Assembly (NCBI GenBank): GCA_965216565.1
Contig: OZ244170.1
Coordinates: 2,880,001-2,944,000, forward strand
Reading direction: 5' to 3'
DNA length: 64,000 nt
DNA from: Bythopirellula sp.
GTDB lineage: Bacteria; Planctomycetota; Planctomycetia; Pirellulales; Lacipirellulaceae
Part shown: in pieces, positions 27,194 to 37,412 of the stretch
Numbering within the stretch: position 1 is the first letter of the stretch
Layout of the letters: every line of letters begins with the position of its first letter
The notes under the pieces: generated by a model
The model's input: only the letters and a program-made list of their open reading frames with translations
The model's database searches: none
What the model was told of the DNA's origin: nothing
Translations under genes and position numbers: made by a program

Positions 27194-28393
27194 TTACCTC
27201 TGATAAATAGGCAAAATCTGATACTGTGGAGTTAAAGCAAGAATCGAAAGCGCGGTCGAGTAGGGGCGCCCGTAGCTGTCCCAACCTGGCGATGGTTTCC
27301 AAGATCCATCGGCTTGTTGATTAGCTGCCAGCGTCTGAAGAAGAGTTGGGAAATACCTGGACCAATAGGCGTCGCCCATCTGATACATGGCCTGACTGCA
27401 ATGATAGATTGTGTACTGGTAATGTTCATAGGGAGTCAACACTTCGTTGTATTTGAAAGATTGCTTGATCAAACGGTCTGAGGCAACCCGGGCACTCTCT
27501 GCGTGATGCTCGCCTGCAAGTTTCAAGGCCAGAATGCCAGCGCCGACAATACCTCGACTTGTGTACGGTCTTGGCTCTCGAATGCCGTACAGGAATTCTG
27601 CATTCTTTTCATCAAAGGAGCGTTGCACATAGTCAACCGCATCCTGGGCGTATTCCTTCGGCACATCGAACCCTGCGTTCTTGGCAGAGCGAAGAAAAGA
27701 CAACTGCCACGCAGTGACGGACAAGTCCGAATCAGCCGGTGTATGAGGGGACCGTTGAGAGTATTTCCATCCACCGATATCGATCTTCCGGCGTTTCTTC
27801 TCCGTTTGGTATTTGCGGGATAACTCTAAGGCGAGAGTCACGGAGGATTCAATTTTTTGATTCTGCCCAGTCGAGGTCATACCGTATGTCTCAGCGAGCA
27901 ACAATCCAGCCATTGCGTGGTTGTAAAGGGCGGCGTGGGCGGCGTTGTTTGGCGAGTAGTATCGTCCCGGTTTCACCTGAGAAAGCAAACCGTCCTCTTG
28001 CTGCGTCGACAAAACGAAACTAATAGCCTTCTGCAGCTGTCTCCCCTTCGGCGAATCGGAGGGTGCTTCGCCCGAGGACAGGACCGCCAAACAGCACAAA
28101 CTAGTGATCCCAGGCTGACCAATGGGCCCGGCTGCGAACGAGCCATCAGGTGACTGAGATTGCAAAATGTAGTCGATACCGCGATCAACGGTTTTTTCTA
28201 AGAGCTCCGACTGCTTGTCGGTGAGTTCGAACGAACTTAGGGCAATCGGAGAATCCTCTAGAGATTGCTGGCCCAAAGAGGTTGGCAGTGGCATGAACAG
28301 GGCACAACTAATGCAGACAATCAGAAATTGCCAAGGCAGAGGCACTCGGCCGCAATTCCTGGATAGTTTGCAACGCCAACTGGAATTCTGCAT
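27194..28393 (-). CDS. Secreted prenyltransferase/squalene-oxidase repeat protein (paralogue)
   Basis: SQSPDGSF, LYNHAMA, GGWKY, SDLSVTAWQ, RSAKNAGF and NQQADGSW. Confidence 0.85.
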   Translation of the reverse strand: MQNSSWRCKLSRNCGRVPLPWQFLIVCISCALFMPLPTSLGQQSLEDSPIALSSFELTDKQSELLEKTVDRGIDYILQSQSPDGSFAAGPIGQPGITSLCCLAVLSSGEAPSDSPKGRQLQKAISFVLSTQQEDGLLSQVKPGRYYSPNNAAHAALYNHAMAGLLLAETYGMTSTGQNQKIESSVTLALELSRKYQTEKKRRKIDIGGWKYSQRSPHTPADSDLSVTAWQLSFLRSAKNAGFDVPKEYAQDAVDYVQRSFDEKNAEFLYGIREPRPYTSRGIVGAGILALKLAGEHHAESARVASDRLIKQSFKYNEVLTPYEHYQYTIYHCSQAMYQMGDAYWSRYFPTLLQTLAANQQADGSWKPSPGWDSYGRPYSTALSILALTPQYQILPIYQR

Positions 28394-28558
28394 TGCTGGT
28401 TCCCGGGTTAGAGCTCAGAACATAGCAATCATCGATCGAACAGTTGGAATCATTCTAGCGCATTAAGTTCCGTCCGGCGCATACGTTTTTGTGATCGCAG
28501 CAGAATTTCGAGAGCAAAAACGACCGGTCATTTCCAGTCGATGACTATTGGCAATGAG

Positions 28559-29392
28559 CTACTGCCCTGCGACCCGCTCAGGATAGACGACCATTTCGAT
28601 GCGGCGATTGCGCTGTTGGCCGTTTTCGGTGGCATTGGAGACTACCGGGTGATTGGCACCATGGCCGATCACGAAGAGTTGCTGCTGAGGGACCGTGCCG
28701 CGTTTCGAAAGTGCGTTGTATACGGCCAGGGCTTGGGCAACCGAGAGATGATGGTTGGTGGGATGCTGTTGGGAGTGGGTGGGCCGATTGTCGCTGTGAC
28801 CTTCGATACCGATGATGTTCTCGGGGAAGTTCCGTCGCAGCTCGGCGGCAACACTGTGGACGATTTGTTCAGCGTTGTTCTGCAAGTAAGCGCTGCCTGG
28901 CATAAACAAACCGTCACCGGCAATTTCGACACGCACCACGTCGCCATCCTGACGAACCGTGGCGCCCGGGATGTCTTTGATATTGAGCGTTCTCAGCAGA
29001 CTATTGTTGGCGCGAATTTCCGCCCCAGCACGTTTTTCTGCCGAGGCCAGCAGGGCTGAGGTTTTCGTTTGCAATTGATTGTTGCTCTGCCGCATGGCGA
29101 GCAATTGATCAGCGGTTGTCTTCAGTTGCTGACGTGTGGTATCGACTTCGTCTGTGAGCAGTTGGATCTGCTGACGCGATTGGGCGAGCATGGTTTCCAG
29201 CTCTTGATTGTTCCGGTCCAACTCCTGCGCGCGAACTTGGTACTCTTGCGTCTGCTGGGCTAGAGTCTGCATTTGATGTTGCGCGGCAGCCGTTCCGTTC
29301 TGGCCGGAATTGTGCACAAGACGTCCACAACCACTTGCCGGGAGCAGCAACAGGAGAGAGAGCAATCGCAGCTTGCGCCTTGCCGTATTCAT
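28559..29392 (-). CDS. OmpA/MotB-family lipoprotein with coiled coil
   Basis: Lipobox ASGC, Gln-rich coiled coil, IEGHSDN, LSVAQA and NRRIEMVV motifs. Confidence 0.85.
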   Translation of the reverse strand: MNTARRKLRLLSLLLLLPASGCGRLVHNSGQNGTAAAQHQMQTLAQQTQEYQVRAQELDRNNQELETMLAQSRQQIQLLTDEVDTTRQQLKTTADQLLAMRQSNNQLQTKTSALLASAEKRAGAEIRANNSLLRTLNIKDIPGATVRQDGDVVRVEIAGDGLFMPGSAYLQNNAEQIVHSVAAELRRNFPENIIGIEGHSDNRPTHSQQHPTNHHLSVAQALAVYNALSKRGTVPQQQLFVIGHGANHPVVSNATENGQQRNRRIEMVVYPERVAGQ

Positions 29393-29424
29393 AGGACGCG
29401 AACAGTATCAGCCGCGCCGGTCGC

Positions 29425-29964
29425 TCACAAGGCCAGCTCTAGCTGACGAGTGCTAGCACTGGGCTGTTCCTCTCGAAACCCTGGTAGCGGTGTCGAGGGA
29501 TACGAACCGTAAAAACGCTTGATGTAATTGCGATGCCAGCGTTGGGAAGTATGAGGTTCCCAGCCAAACCGTTGGAGCAGCCGGTCGGAAATCCGTTGAT
29601 TTAAGGCGTCGCACAGGAGGGCGTCGGTCTGTTTTATCTCAGCCACCCCGTCCAAGGCCTCCACAGCCGCCTGCAGCGTGGCGAAGGAGGTCTTACTCGT
29701 CGACACTATGTACTTCAAGGCGAGGAAGTTGGAGTGGCCACGCGGTTGATTGTAATAGAGCAGGCAGCGGTCGGGCTGGCCGCTGGCCCGATAGGTGCTT
29801 CCCACGGGCCACAAGTCAGGCCACGAAAGAAGCTTGGGAAACCGGCGGAAATGAATGGCCACGAGTTGGCCGGCAGAGGTCTCGATCACCCCGTAGCGCC
29901 GGGAGCGAATCGCCGCAGAGGCTACCCCCGATTCGAATTCACCATGGAAATCTACTGACTTCAC
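29425..29964 (-). CDS. Hypothetical protein, possibly divergent GNAT-like fold
   Basis: GTGA start/stop overlap with the prepilin peptidase gene; 179 aa. Confidence 0.65.
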   Translation of the reverse strand: MKSVDFHGEFESGVASAAIRSRRYGVIETSAGQLVAIHFRRFPKLLSWPDLWPVGSTYRASGQPDRCLLYYNQPRGHSNFLALKYIVSTSKTSFATLQAAVEALDGVAEIKQTDALLCDALNQRISDRLLQRFGWEPHTSQRWHRNYIKRFYGSYPSTPLPGFREEQPSASTRQLELAL

Positions 29965-31325
29965 GGCGTGCCTCCTTCCTCTGGCCGGCCGAACAGTGCC
30001 ATTTTGATTTGTTGCCATACTGCGAGTAGTATCCCCAGCATCGCAAAACTCACCAGCAGCACCACGGGCATCAGCCAGCCGATGCTAAAGATGGCTTGCA
30101 ACCCGGTCGACCAAAACGATGGCCAACCAATAATGACGGCAAGGGTTCCTAAACAGAGAAAAGGGCCATAGGGAATCACATCATCGCGATGCAGCACCAG
30201 TTGTGCGACGCCAATAATCAGTGCGGCAAACGGCGCCACAAAGAAAATGACTACCCCAGCCTGCCAGCCGACAAAGGTGCCGACCATCATCATTAATGTC
30301 ACATCGCCGAAGCCCATCGCTTCGCGCCCCAAAGCCGCCGAGCCCACGATGCGCACCACCCACACCAATCCCCCACTAACGATCATCCCCAACAGCGAGG
30401 TGAGCAATCCAATCCAATACGTCCCACCTATCCACCACACCAGAGGAATCGCAACCGTCCCCGCCAGAGCGAAGACTCCCAAGGGAGGCCGTGTGAGCTC
30501 TCGAAAAACACGACGCGCCACCAGCGCCAGCGCGCGGCAAATCCCGTGGCGACGTCGCAAGATTCGTGGCGCAATCGCAAAACACCAGAGCCAATAACAA
30601 CCTAGTGCCATCGCCAGCGCTGGCCAACCGTTCAGCTCTTCGGTCCATTCGTTTGGCGCGGCCAGGGTGACAGGCTCTGCGTAGGCGGTGATTCCTGGCT
30701 TCATGGCTGCCAGCACCGGGGGCGGCAACGCGACTGGTTCGCCCAAGGCAGGTGGGGCCGGTCTAAGGTCTACGTGGGGCAGTAGCGCGGTGGGCAGCAA
30801 TGTCATTAGCACCAGACCTAGCAGCGTGCCAATCACGGTGATGTCGTCCGGGATGAGTTTCTCATCGATATCAATAAAACTCGCCGCCGCCATGAACGTG
30901 ATCAAAATGACATGGCTGACAAATATCGAATGGGTCAGGCTCTCTGAAACCAAAGGCAAAGCCAGCGGCACCGGACCAAAGATCTGGCGGACTAAATCGA
31001 ATACGATCGCCTGCTGGTCGACTTCCCACCAATACAGGGCCGCGAGCCCCACCGCCATGCCCAACTCAATCAACAGTGGTCGTACCCAGAAACCACGGCC
31101 GTGCAAGTCAGACTCTCGTCGCAAGCCAAGCCAGCCGAGAACTGGAATCCGATCGGCGACGCCACGGGCAGAACCTCCCGTCGGAAACGGCCCCCAGGGA
31201 CTGATCTCCCGACGATGCCATGCGAGCCGATAGGTGGCCCAATTCACCAGCGCACCCAAGACCGCCCCCACGCCGGCGACCAAGGCCAACCGTATCGAAA
31301 GCGGTAGCGCGAATAGGGCGTTCAT
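29961..31325 (-). CDS. A24-family prepilin peptidase
   Basis: IDIDEKLIPD and MGFGDV catalytic Asp motifs, IPYGPFL; polytopic membrane protein. Confidence 0.88.
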   Translation of the reverse strand: MNALFALPLSIRLALVAGVGAVLGALVNWATYRLAWHRREISPWGPFPTGGSARGVADRIPVLGWLGLRRESDLHGRGFWVRPLLIELGMAVGLAALYWWEVDQQAIVFDLVRQIFGPVPLALPLVSESLTHSIFVSHVILITFMAAASFIDIDEKLIPDDITVIGTLLGLVLMTLLPTALLPHVDLRPAPPALGEPVALPPPVLAAMKPGITAYAEPVTLAAPNEWTEELNGWPALAMALGCYWLWCFAIAPRILRRRHGICRALALVARRVFRELTRPPLGVFALAGTVAIPLVWWIGGTYWIGLLTSLLGMIVSGGLVWVVRIVGSAALGREAMGFGDVTLMMMVGTFVGWQAGVVIFFVAPFAALIIGVAQLVLHRDDVIPYGPFLCLGTLAVIIGWPSFWSTGLQAIFSIGWLMPVVLLVSFAMLGILLAVWQQIKMALFGRPEEGGTP

Positions 31326-31352
31326 AAAGAAAGGTCCGGGCGACAGGGAAAG

Positions 31353-31880
31353 CTAATTCAAGCGAAGCTGGAGGACGATCTGTTCGGCGATCTCCGCCGG
31401 CGTCCTATCTTCGGTATCGACCTCAAGGGTAGCACATGCCCGGTAAATCGGTTCCCGCTGGGCCAGGAGGGCCTCAATTTCGGTACGACCGCCGTGATTA
31501 GTCAAATTAGGACGCCGCTCGGCGGTGGTAGGGTCACCACCCATTCGCTGCTCGATCGTCGCTGGCGAGGCCGTGAGCCAGACCACCGCCTGGCAATTCT
31601 TGAGCAGTTCGCGGTTTGCCGGAGCCAAGACGGCTCCTCCCCCCAGCGCCAAGACGGTTCTTTCGCGACTACACAATTCCTGCAGAACCCGTGACTCAGC
31701 GACGCGAAACTCGGCCTCTCCCAATTCGGCGAATATTTCAGCGATACTCTTGCCAAGCGCCAGTTCGACCTCCACGTCGGCGTCGACCCAGTCGTAGCCA
31801 ATACGTAAAGCGATCTGCTGCGCAACTGTCGTCTTGCCCGTACCGCGATAGCCGATGAGTGCTAGGGGAGAATTAGACAC
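31353..31880 (-). CDS. aroK: Shikimate kinase
   Basis: GYRGTGKTT, DAD, GEAEFR, LGGG, RPNL and REPIY motifs. Confidence 0.93.
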   Translation of the reverse strand: MSNSPLALIGYRGTGKTTVAQQIALRIGYDWVDADVEVELALGKSIAEIFAELGEAEFRVAESRVLQELCSRERTVLALGGGAVLAPANRELLKNCQAVVWLTASPATIEQRMGGDPTTAERRPNLTNHGGRTEIEALLAQREPIYRACATLEVDTEDRTPAEIAEQIVLQLRLN

Positions 31881-31903
31881 AGGCGATGAAGCAATCGTTA
31901 GAG

Positions 31904-33397
31904 TTAAAAACGGACCGGGCCGATGGTCCGCTTCAGCACTTCGCGCATCAGATCTGCATCGGCTTCCTGCTGCGTGAAAAGATAAAACTGTAGCATGGCC
32001 TGGCGAATGAACATTTCGACGCCCGTAATCACCTGACAGTTCCGGCTACGTGCTTCTTTGATTAGCAAAGTGGTTTCCGGATTGTAGACGGTATCGAAGA
32101 CCAGTATCGAAGGCTTCAAGAAACTCTTGCCCACGGGCGACTCGTCGACGTTCGGGTGCATGCCCACCGGCGTGCAGTTCACCATAATGTCGCACAATGC
32201 TCGTTGGCGTGATTCCCAGTCGATCGCTTTGCAGTCGAAAGTCTTGGCAAGCTTCTCCCCCTTTGCCAAGGTGCGAGCGGCAATAGTGACCAAAGCGCCT
32301 CGGTTCCTGAGTCCGTACACAATCGGCCGCGCCACCCCGCCCGAGCCAAGCACCAGGACCCGTTTGTTTTTCAAGGGGCTTGGATTCGCACCGATCGAGC
32401 CAAGTGCGTGTTCCATGCAATCCATGGCCGCGTTGTAATCGGTGTTGTAGCCCACGACCTCAGAACCGTCGAACACGACCGTATTGACTGCGGCAATGCT
32501 CTTCACCGCCGGGTCGACCTTGGTCAAACTCTTGGCAATCATTTCTTTGTGTGGAATCGTCACGCTAAGCCCTCGAATTCCAAGCCGAGGTGCATCGCGC
32601 ATGAACTGCTCGAGGCTATCAGCCGGCACTCGAAACGGGCAGTACACCGCATTGATTCCATTGGCATGAAAAGACGCATTGTGAACATGGGGACTCAGGC
32701 TATGACCTACCGGGTCGGCAATGACTCCATACACATCGGTTTTGTCGTTGATCGATCCATACCGATAGACTTCGTTCATATGTTTGAAGCTCAGCTGACC
32801 TGGGGCCAGTGCTCGCTCGTGATGAAACGTCGCGTATGTGTAGGGAGATCCAAATTTAGCGGAGAGGATGCGCGAGGGAGTGCCAATGTCTCCCATGCAC
32901 ATGCCCACCGTGGGCACAGAACTTTCCTGCATGACCTCCAGCATTCGCAAGTTATCGTGCGGATCGTTTGCCATGGTGGCTAACTTCACGAAATCGGGAT
33001 CAAGCTTGCTCATCCGATTGTGAATATCGCGAAGGTCTTCCGGTGTTTTGCGAAAGTTGTGATAGCTAATAATGCGTTTCGTCTTACCAAAGCGAGGAAT
33101 CTGAGCGGCAATGTCTTCTTCGATGTCAACGTAGTCGACGCCCTCGGCAATCGCCTCGCGCAGTAGCGTCTGCCGTGCCTCCTCGGTGCCTGCCCATTTG
33201 CCGCCGTCTTCCTTGCGACGCACCGTGATGATCACTTGGCACTTGGGGGGGATATCGGCCAGTAGCCGGCCGATATTCACTCGGCTGGCGACGTAGTCGA
33301 GCCGCAACTCAACCATCTCTGCACCCTGCTCCGCAAGATGCTTATGTTCGGCCATCATGTGTTTATGTCGGCTTCTGCCGATTGCTACGCAAAGCAT
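31904..33397 (-). CDS. aroE: Bifunctional type I 3-dehydroquinate dehydratase / shikimate dehydrogenase (AroD-AroE fusion)
   Basis: ELRLD, ISYHNF and APGQ (AroD); HSLSP, SVTIPHK, NTD, GSGGVA and NCTPVGM (AroE). Confidence 0.93.
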   Translation of the reverse strand: MLCVAIGRSRHKHMMAEHKHLAEQGAEMVELRLDYVASRVNIGRLLADIPPKCQVIITVRRKEDGGKWAGTEEARQTLLREAIAEGVDYVDIEEDIAAQIPRFGKTKRIISYHNFRKTPEDLRDIHNRMSKLDPDFVKLATMANDPHDNLRMLEVMQESSVPTVGMCMGDIGTPSRILSAKFGSPYTYATFHHERALAPGQLSFKHMNEVYRYGSINDKTDVYGVIADPVGHSLSPHVHNASFHANGINAVYCPFRVPADSLEQFMRDAPRLGIRGLSVTIPHKEMIAKSLTKVDPAVKSIAAVNTVVFDGSEVVGYNTDYNAAMDCMEHALGSIGANPSPLKNKRVLVLGSGGVARPIVYGLRNRGALVTIAARTLAKGEKLAKTFDCKAIDWESRQRALCDIMVNCTPVGMHPNVDESPVGKSFLKPSILVFDTVYNPETTLLIKEARSRNCQVITGVEMFIRQAMLQFYLFTQQEADADLMREVLKRTIGPVRF

Positions 33398-33450
33398 AGG
33401 AGTGGGTGTGTCACTGGGTTTGAGATGAGCGGTAAAAAAGACTTATGATT

Positions 33451-33514
33451 GTATTGGTGAGTAGGTGAGTAGGTCTCGAAACCAATACCTACTCACCTAC
33501 TCACTTACTCACCC
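33451..33514. repeat. Inverted arrays of an 8-bp unit (GGTGAGTA / TACTCACC)
   Basis: 18-bp perfect IR 33457-33474 / 33487-33504. Confidence 0.8.
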
Positions 33515-33543
33515 CATTATTGTGCTGCAAGGACACGCTAAAA

Positions 33544-35379
33544 TCAAATCCGCTTGAATTGTCGATCGAGTTGCTCGCGGGTAAAGACTAAGGCGGTGGG
33601 GCGCCCGTGGGGACAATGGTGGTGGTCTTGGGCCAGGTGCCGTTGTGCGAGTAACGCCTGCACTTCCTCGCTGGTGAGGGCATCGCCAAACTTCACAGCC
33701 GCTTTGCAGGCGATGCTATGCATCAGATCATCGAGCAGGTCGCGAGGTTCGGGCGTTTTACCCTCGGTCTGCAATTGTTCCGCCAAACTCCGCAGCACAT
33801 CGCCGGGGCTGAAGTTTGCCAGCATGGCGGGATAAGCACTGAGCAGAACCGTTTCGCCGCCAAATTCTTTGACCTCCAACCCCAGGCTGGCCAGCAATTC
33901 GCGATTCTCTAAAACGGCTGCTGCCTCCGCTGCCGCCAAGTCGACAGGCTCCGGCACTAGCAGACGCTGACTCTCCAAGACTCCAGCCAACACTTTTTCG
34001 CGCAGCGACTCGTAAAGAATCCGCTCGTGGAGTGCATGCTGGTCGATGACTTCTAGGCCATCTTCATTTTCCACGACCAAGTAGCGATTGTGAATTTGTA
34101 GCGCACTCGTAGCATCGGGTGGATCGACCCTTTGATAGTATTCCCCAACCGCGGACATGGGCTGATTCGTTGGCTGACTCGCAGCTGGGAAATCGTGCAG
34201 GCGAAGCGGACCGGCGGACGCACCACTGTCGGCGGGGCTCTGCAGACCGCCCTGCCCCGCCCAGTTGGATTCGGAACCTGAACCAAGTTGACGTTTGGCC
34301 CAATCGAACAATTCGCTGCTTTTAGGTGTACTCTGCGCAATCTCATCGCTCTCGTCACCCTGGGACGGAACGGACCCGCGGGCCACTAAGTCGGTCGACA
34401 AGAACTTACTGCGTAACGTTCCCAACAATTGGCTATACAGGCGGCCGCCATCTTGAAATCGCACTTCCAGCTTGGTGGGATGCACATTCACATCTACCAT
34501 GGCTGGCGGGATCTGCAGCGAGAGGAAACAAATAGGATATCGGCCCGTGAGTAGCAACCCACGATAGGCTTCCCCCAGAGCGTGCTGCAGAGAACGGTCG
34601 CGGATGGTGCGGCCATTGAGAAATAAATACTGTAGGCGATTGTTGCCCCGGTTTTGGGTCGGATTGGCAACATAGCCACGCAAACTGATTTCGCTCTCCT
34701 CGCTTTCGACAGGAATCAAATTCTCGGCGATCTCTTGCCCGAAGAGCGCCGCAACACGATCTCTCAAATCGGTAACTGGAGGCAAATCGTGCATCAAGCG
34801 ATTGCCATGGGTCAGTGTAAAATGAACCTGCGGATTGCCCAGGGCTAACCGCGTGACTGCCTCGCTGATATGCCCCATTTCCGTCTGCGTGGTCCGCATA
34901 AATTTGTGACGAACGGGCGTGTTATAGAAAAGTTGTCGCACTTCGATGGAAGTCCCTTGAGGCGATCCAACTGGCTGAATGGGTTCGGCCACGCCGCCCA
35001 CGATTTCCAGCACCGCGCCCGACTCGCAGTCTTCTGGACGGCTGGTAATCACCATGCGGCTGACAGCGGCGATCGAAGCGAGGGCTTCGCCGCGGAATCC
35101 TAGCGATTCGACCGAGAACAAGTCGTCGGCGGTAGAAATCTTGCTGGTTGCATGACTCGCCACGGCAAGTGACAGTTGGTCCGCTCCGATACCGCAACCG
35201 TTGTCGGTGATACGAATGAGCTCCGCCCCACCCTTCTCCACCGTCACATCAACACGATCGGCTCCCGCGTCGATGGAGTTCTCCACCAATTCCTTCACCA
35301 CACTCGCCGGACGCTCGATCACTTCGCCGGCGGCAATTTTGTTGATGATGCTCGTGGATAGTTGGCGAATTTCTGGCAT
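33544..35379 (-). CDS. mutL: DNA mismatch repair endonuclease MutL
   Basis: IAAGEVIERP, GFRGEAL, DVNVHP.K, DQHALHERILYE, ACK and CPHGRP motifs. Confidence 0.97.
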   Translation of the reverse strand: MPEIRQLSTSIINKIAAGEVIERPASVVKELVENSIDAGADRVDVTVEKGGAELIRITDNGCGIGADQLSLAVASHATSKISTADDLFSVESLGFRGEALASIAAVSRMVITSRPEDCESGAVLEIVGGVAEPIQPVGSPQGTSIEVRQLFYNTPVRHKFMRTTQTEMGHISEAVTRLALGNPQVHFTLTHGNRLMHDLPPVTDLRDRVAALFGQEIAENLIPVESEESEISLRGYVANPTQNRGNNRLQYLFLNGRTIRDRSLQHALGEAYRGLLLTGRYPICFLSLQIPPAMVDVNVHPTKLEVRFQDGGRLYSQLLGTLRSKFLSTDLVARGSVPSQGDESDEIAQSTPKSSELFDWAKRQLGSGSESNWAGQGGLQSPADSGASAGPLRLHDFPAASQPTNQPMSAVGEYYQRVDPPDATSALQIHNRYLVVENEDGLEVIDQHALHERILYESLREKVLAGVLESQRLLVPEPVDLAAAEAAAVLENRELLASLGLEVKEFGGETVLLSAYPAMLANFSPGDVLRSLAEQLQTEGKTPEPRDLLDDLMHSIACKAAVKFGDALTSEEVQALLAQRHLAQDHHHCPHGRPTALVFTREQLDRQFKRI

Positions 35380-35481
35380 GGGACAGATTATTCAAGTTTC
35401 ATTAAAAAAGAGATACTTGGAAATGATGACGATGCAATGGCCAACTGTTTTTCACTTTACAACTGACAGCGTAAGTTTTGG

Positions 35482-35719
35482 ACCACGAATGGACACGAAT
35501 CTACACGAATGAAACATACAGAATTGGAGATTACTGTCATTCCGAGGTCCGCCGAGGAATCTAGTCTGCCCCCTAAGTATTTCAGCGTCATAGATACTGA
35601 ACTAGCCGAAAGTGAACACAGGACTACCCATAACTCCCCAGTTGTTTGAAATGTTGATTGAGATACCGTCCAGTAATGCTACTTGAATTCATTCATGTAG
35701 ATCCGTGTCCATTCGTGGT
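35482..35719. repeat. MITE-like element with 32-bp, 10-nt-periodic terminal inverted repeats
   Basis: ACCACGAATGGACACGAATCTACACGAATGAA / TTCATTCATGTAGATCCGTGTCCATTCGTGGT, 2 mismatches; AT-rich interior. Confidence 0.8.
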
Positions 35720-35806
35720 TAAAACAACTCCACTCCATCAATCTGTGTCGTGCTCCGATTCACCCATCCCCGCTATCTCCAACATCCCCCAGTTCCTTCG
35801 CCTCAA

Positions 35807-37201
35807 TCAAAGATTGAATTCCTTGATCTTGCGATAAAGCGTGCGCTGGCCAATTCCCAGGAGGTTAGCCGCCTCTTCGCGGTTTCCGCCGGTGAACTGC
35901 AGCGTTTCGGCGATGAACATCCCTTCGATTTCTGAGAGGGGCTTACCAACAAGCTCACCCAGCCCCCGCCCGTTTGCGTCGGCGACCGTCGACTCTCCCG
36001 CGGCCAGATCGTCGGGCAAGTCGTCCACGTCGAGCACTCCGTCATAGTCGACAACCACCATACTTTCGATCGTGTTTTTCAACTGACGAACGTTCCCAGG
36101 CCAATTGAATGCCATCAGACGCCGACGCGCGGCTGTCGACATCCCAGAGATTTCTTTGTTGTGCCGTTGGGTGTGCATTTTGAAGAAATGCTCGATCAAT
36201 AGCGGAATGTCCTGACTGCGATCGGCAAGCCGCGGCAAATCGATCGTGACCACCTTGATCCGATGGTACAGATCTTCGCGAAAGGTACCCGCTTCAATCG
36301 CTTCCTCGAGGTCACGGTTCGTTGCGGACAAGATTCGCACATTGACCTGAATCGGTTCGTTTGAACCGACCCGCGTGATCTCGTTGCTTTCCAGCACGCG
36401 CAGCAATTTGATCTGAGTGGGTAGTGGCATATCGCCCACTTCATCGAGAAACAGGGTACCACCATGGGCATATTCGAACTTGCCGACCCGATCGGCGCTG
36501 GCATCGGTAAATGCCCCTTTGATGTGACCGAACAGTTCGCTTTCCAGAATATTCTCGCTGAGCGCGGCACAATTGAGGCCCACGAAGGGTCGGCCCTTGC
36601 GAGGGCTATTTTGATGAATGGCCTGGGCAACCAGTTCTTTCCCCGTGCCGGTATCTCCCTTAATCAAGACCGTGGCATCGGTGGGTGCGATCCGTCGGAG
36701 CCGATCGATTACCTCGTGCATCTGTGGGCTATTCCCTACGACGCCCTCGAAGCCAAATTTTTCGTCAAGCCGACGACTCAGTTCTGCATTCGCTCGACGC
36801 AGATGTTGGTTGCGGGCCGCGTTGTCGACCACCGCTCGCAGTTGCTTGAGATCGAGTGGCTTCAGCAGGTAGTTGAACGCTCCCTGCTGCATTGCCTCGA
36901 CGGCAGACTGCACCGTGCCGTGCCCTGTGACGAGAATGACCTCCGCATCTGGCTGGGCCTCTTTCGCCGCGGACAGAATCTCTAGGCCACCCACATCGGG
37001 CATCTTCAAATCGCTAATCACGATTTCGAATGTCGATTTCGCCAACAGCTCGGCACCTTCCGAGCCCGAGGTAGCTACCGTGCAATCGTAACCTACGCTC
37101 GATAGGCTATCGGCCAACGTTTCGGCGTGGGCCGGATCGTTGTCGATGACAAGAGCGCGAATTGGAGGGCCAGTGCTGGCTACGTTCTTAGTTTTGGCCA
37201 T
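35807..37201 (-). CDS. Sigma54-dependent response regulator (NtrC family)
   Basis: Receiver (DLKMP), [36 protein letters not shown] and Fis-type HTH. Confidence 0.95.
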   Translation of the reverse strand: MAKTKNVASTGPPIRALVIDNDPAHAETLADSLSSVGYDCTVATSGSEGAELLAKSTFEIVISDLKMPDVGGLEILSAAKEAQPDAEVILVTGHGTVQSAVEAMQQGAFNYLLKPLDLKQLRAVVDNAARNQHLRRANAELSRRLDEKFGFEGVVGNSPQMHEVIDRLRRIAPTDATVLIKGDTGTGKELVAQAIHQNSPRKGRPFVGLNCAALSENILESELFGHIKGAFTDASADRVGKFEYAHGGTLFLDEVGDMPLPTQIKLLRVLESNEITRVGSNEPIQVNVRILSATNRDLEEAIEAGTFREDLYHRIKVVTIDLPRLADRSQDIPLLIEHFFKMHTQRHNKEISGMSTAARRRLMAFNWPGNVRQLKNTIESMVVVDYDGVLDVDDLPDDLAAGESTVADANGRGLGELVGKPLSEIEGMFIAETLQFTGGNREEAANLLGIGQRTLYRKIKEFNL

Positions 37202-37412
37202 GTTCGATGTTCAGTTTATTTGAACAGGAGGCAACGGAGTAAACGGAGTTTCTCAAGTGAGCATCAAATAAGGGAGTTGATCGCAGGATCGACGAGCAGC
37301 GTTGAATCGAGCCCGCGGCGAACACCTAGGCTCACCAACACCGCCGATACCTCGGTTTTCTCCAGTAAAGATTAATCTCTTTGTGTTGTAACTAAACGGT
37401 GTGGTGAGATCA

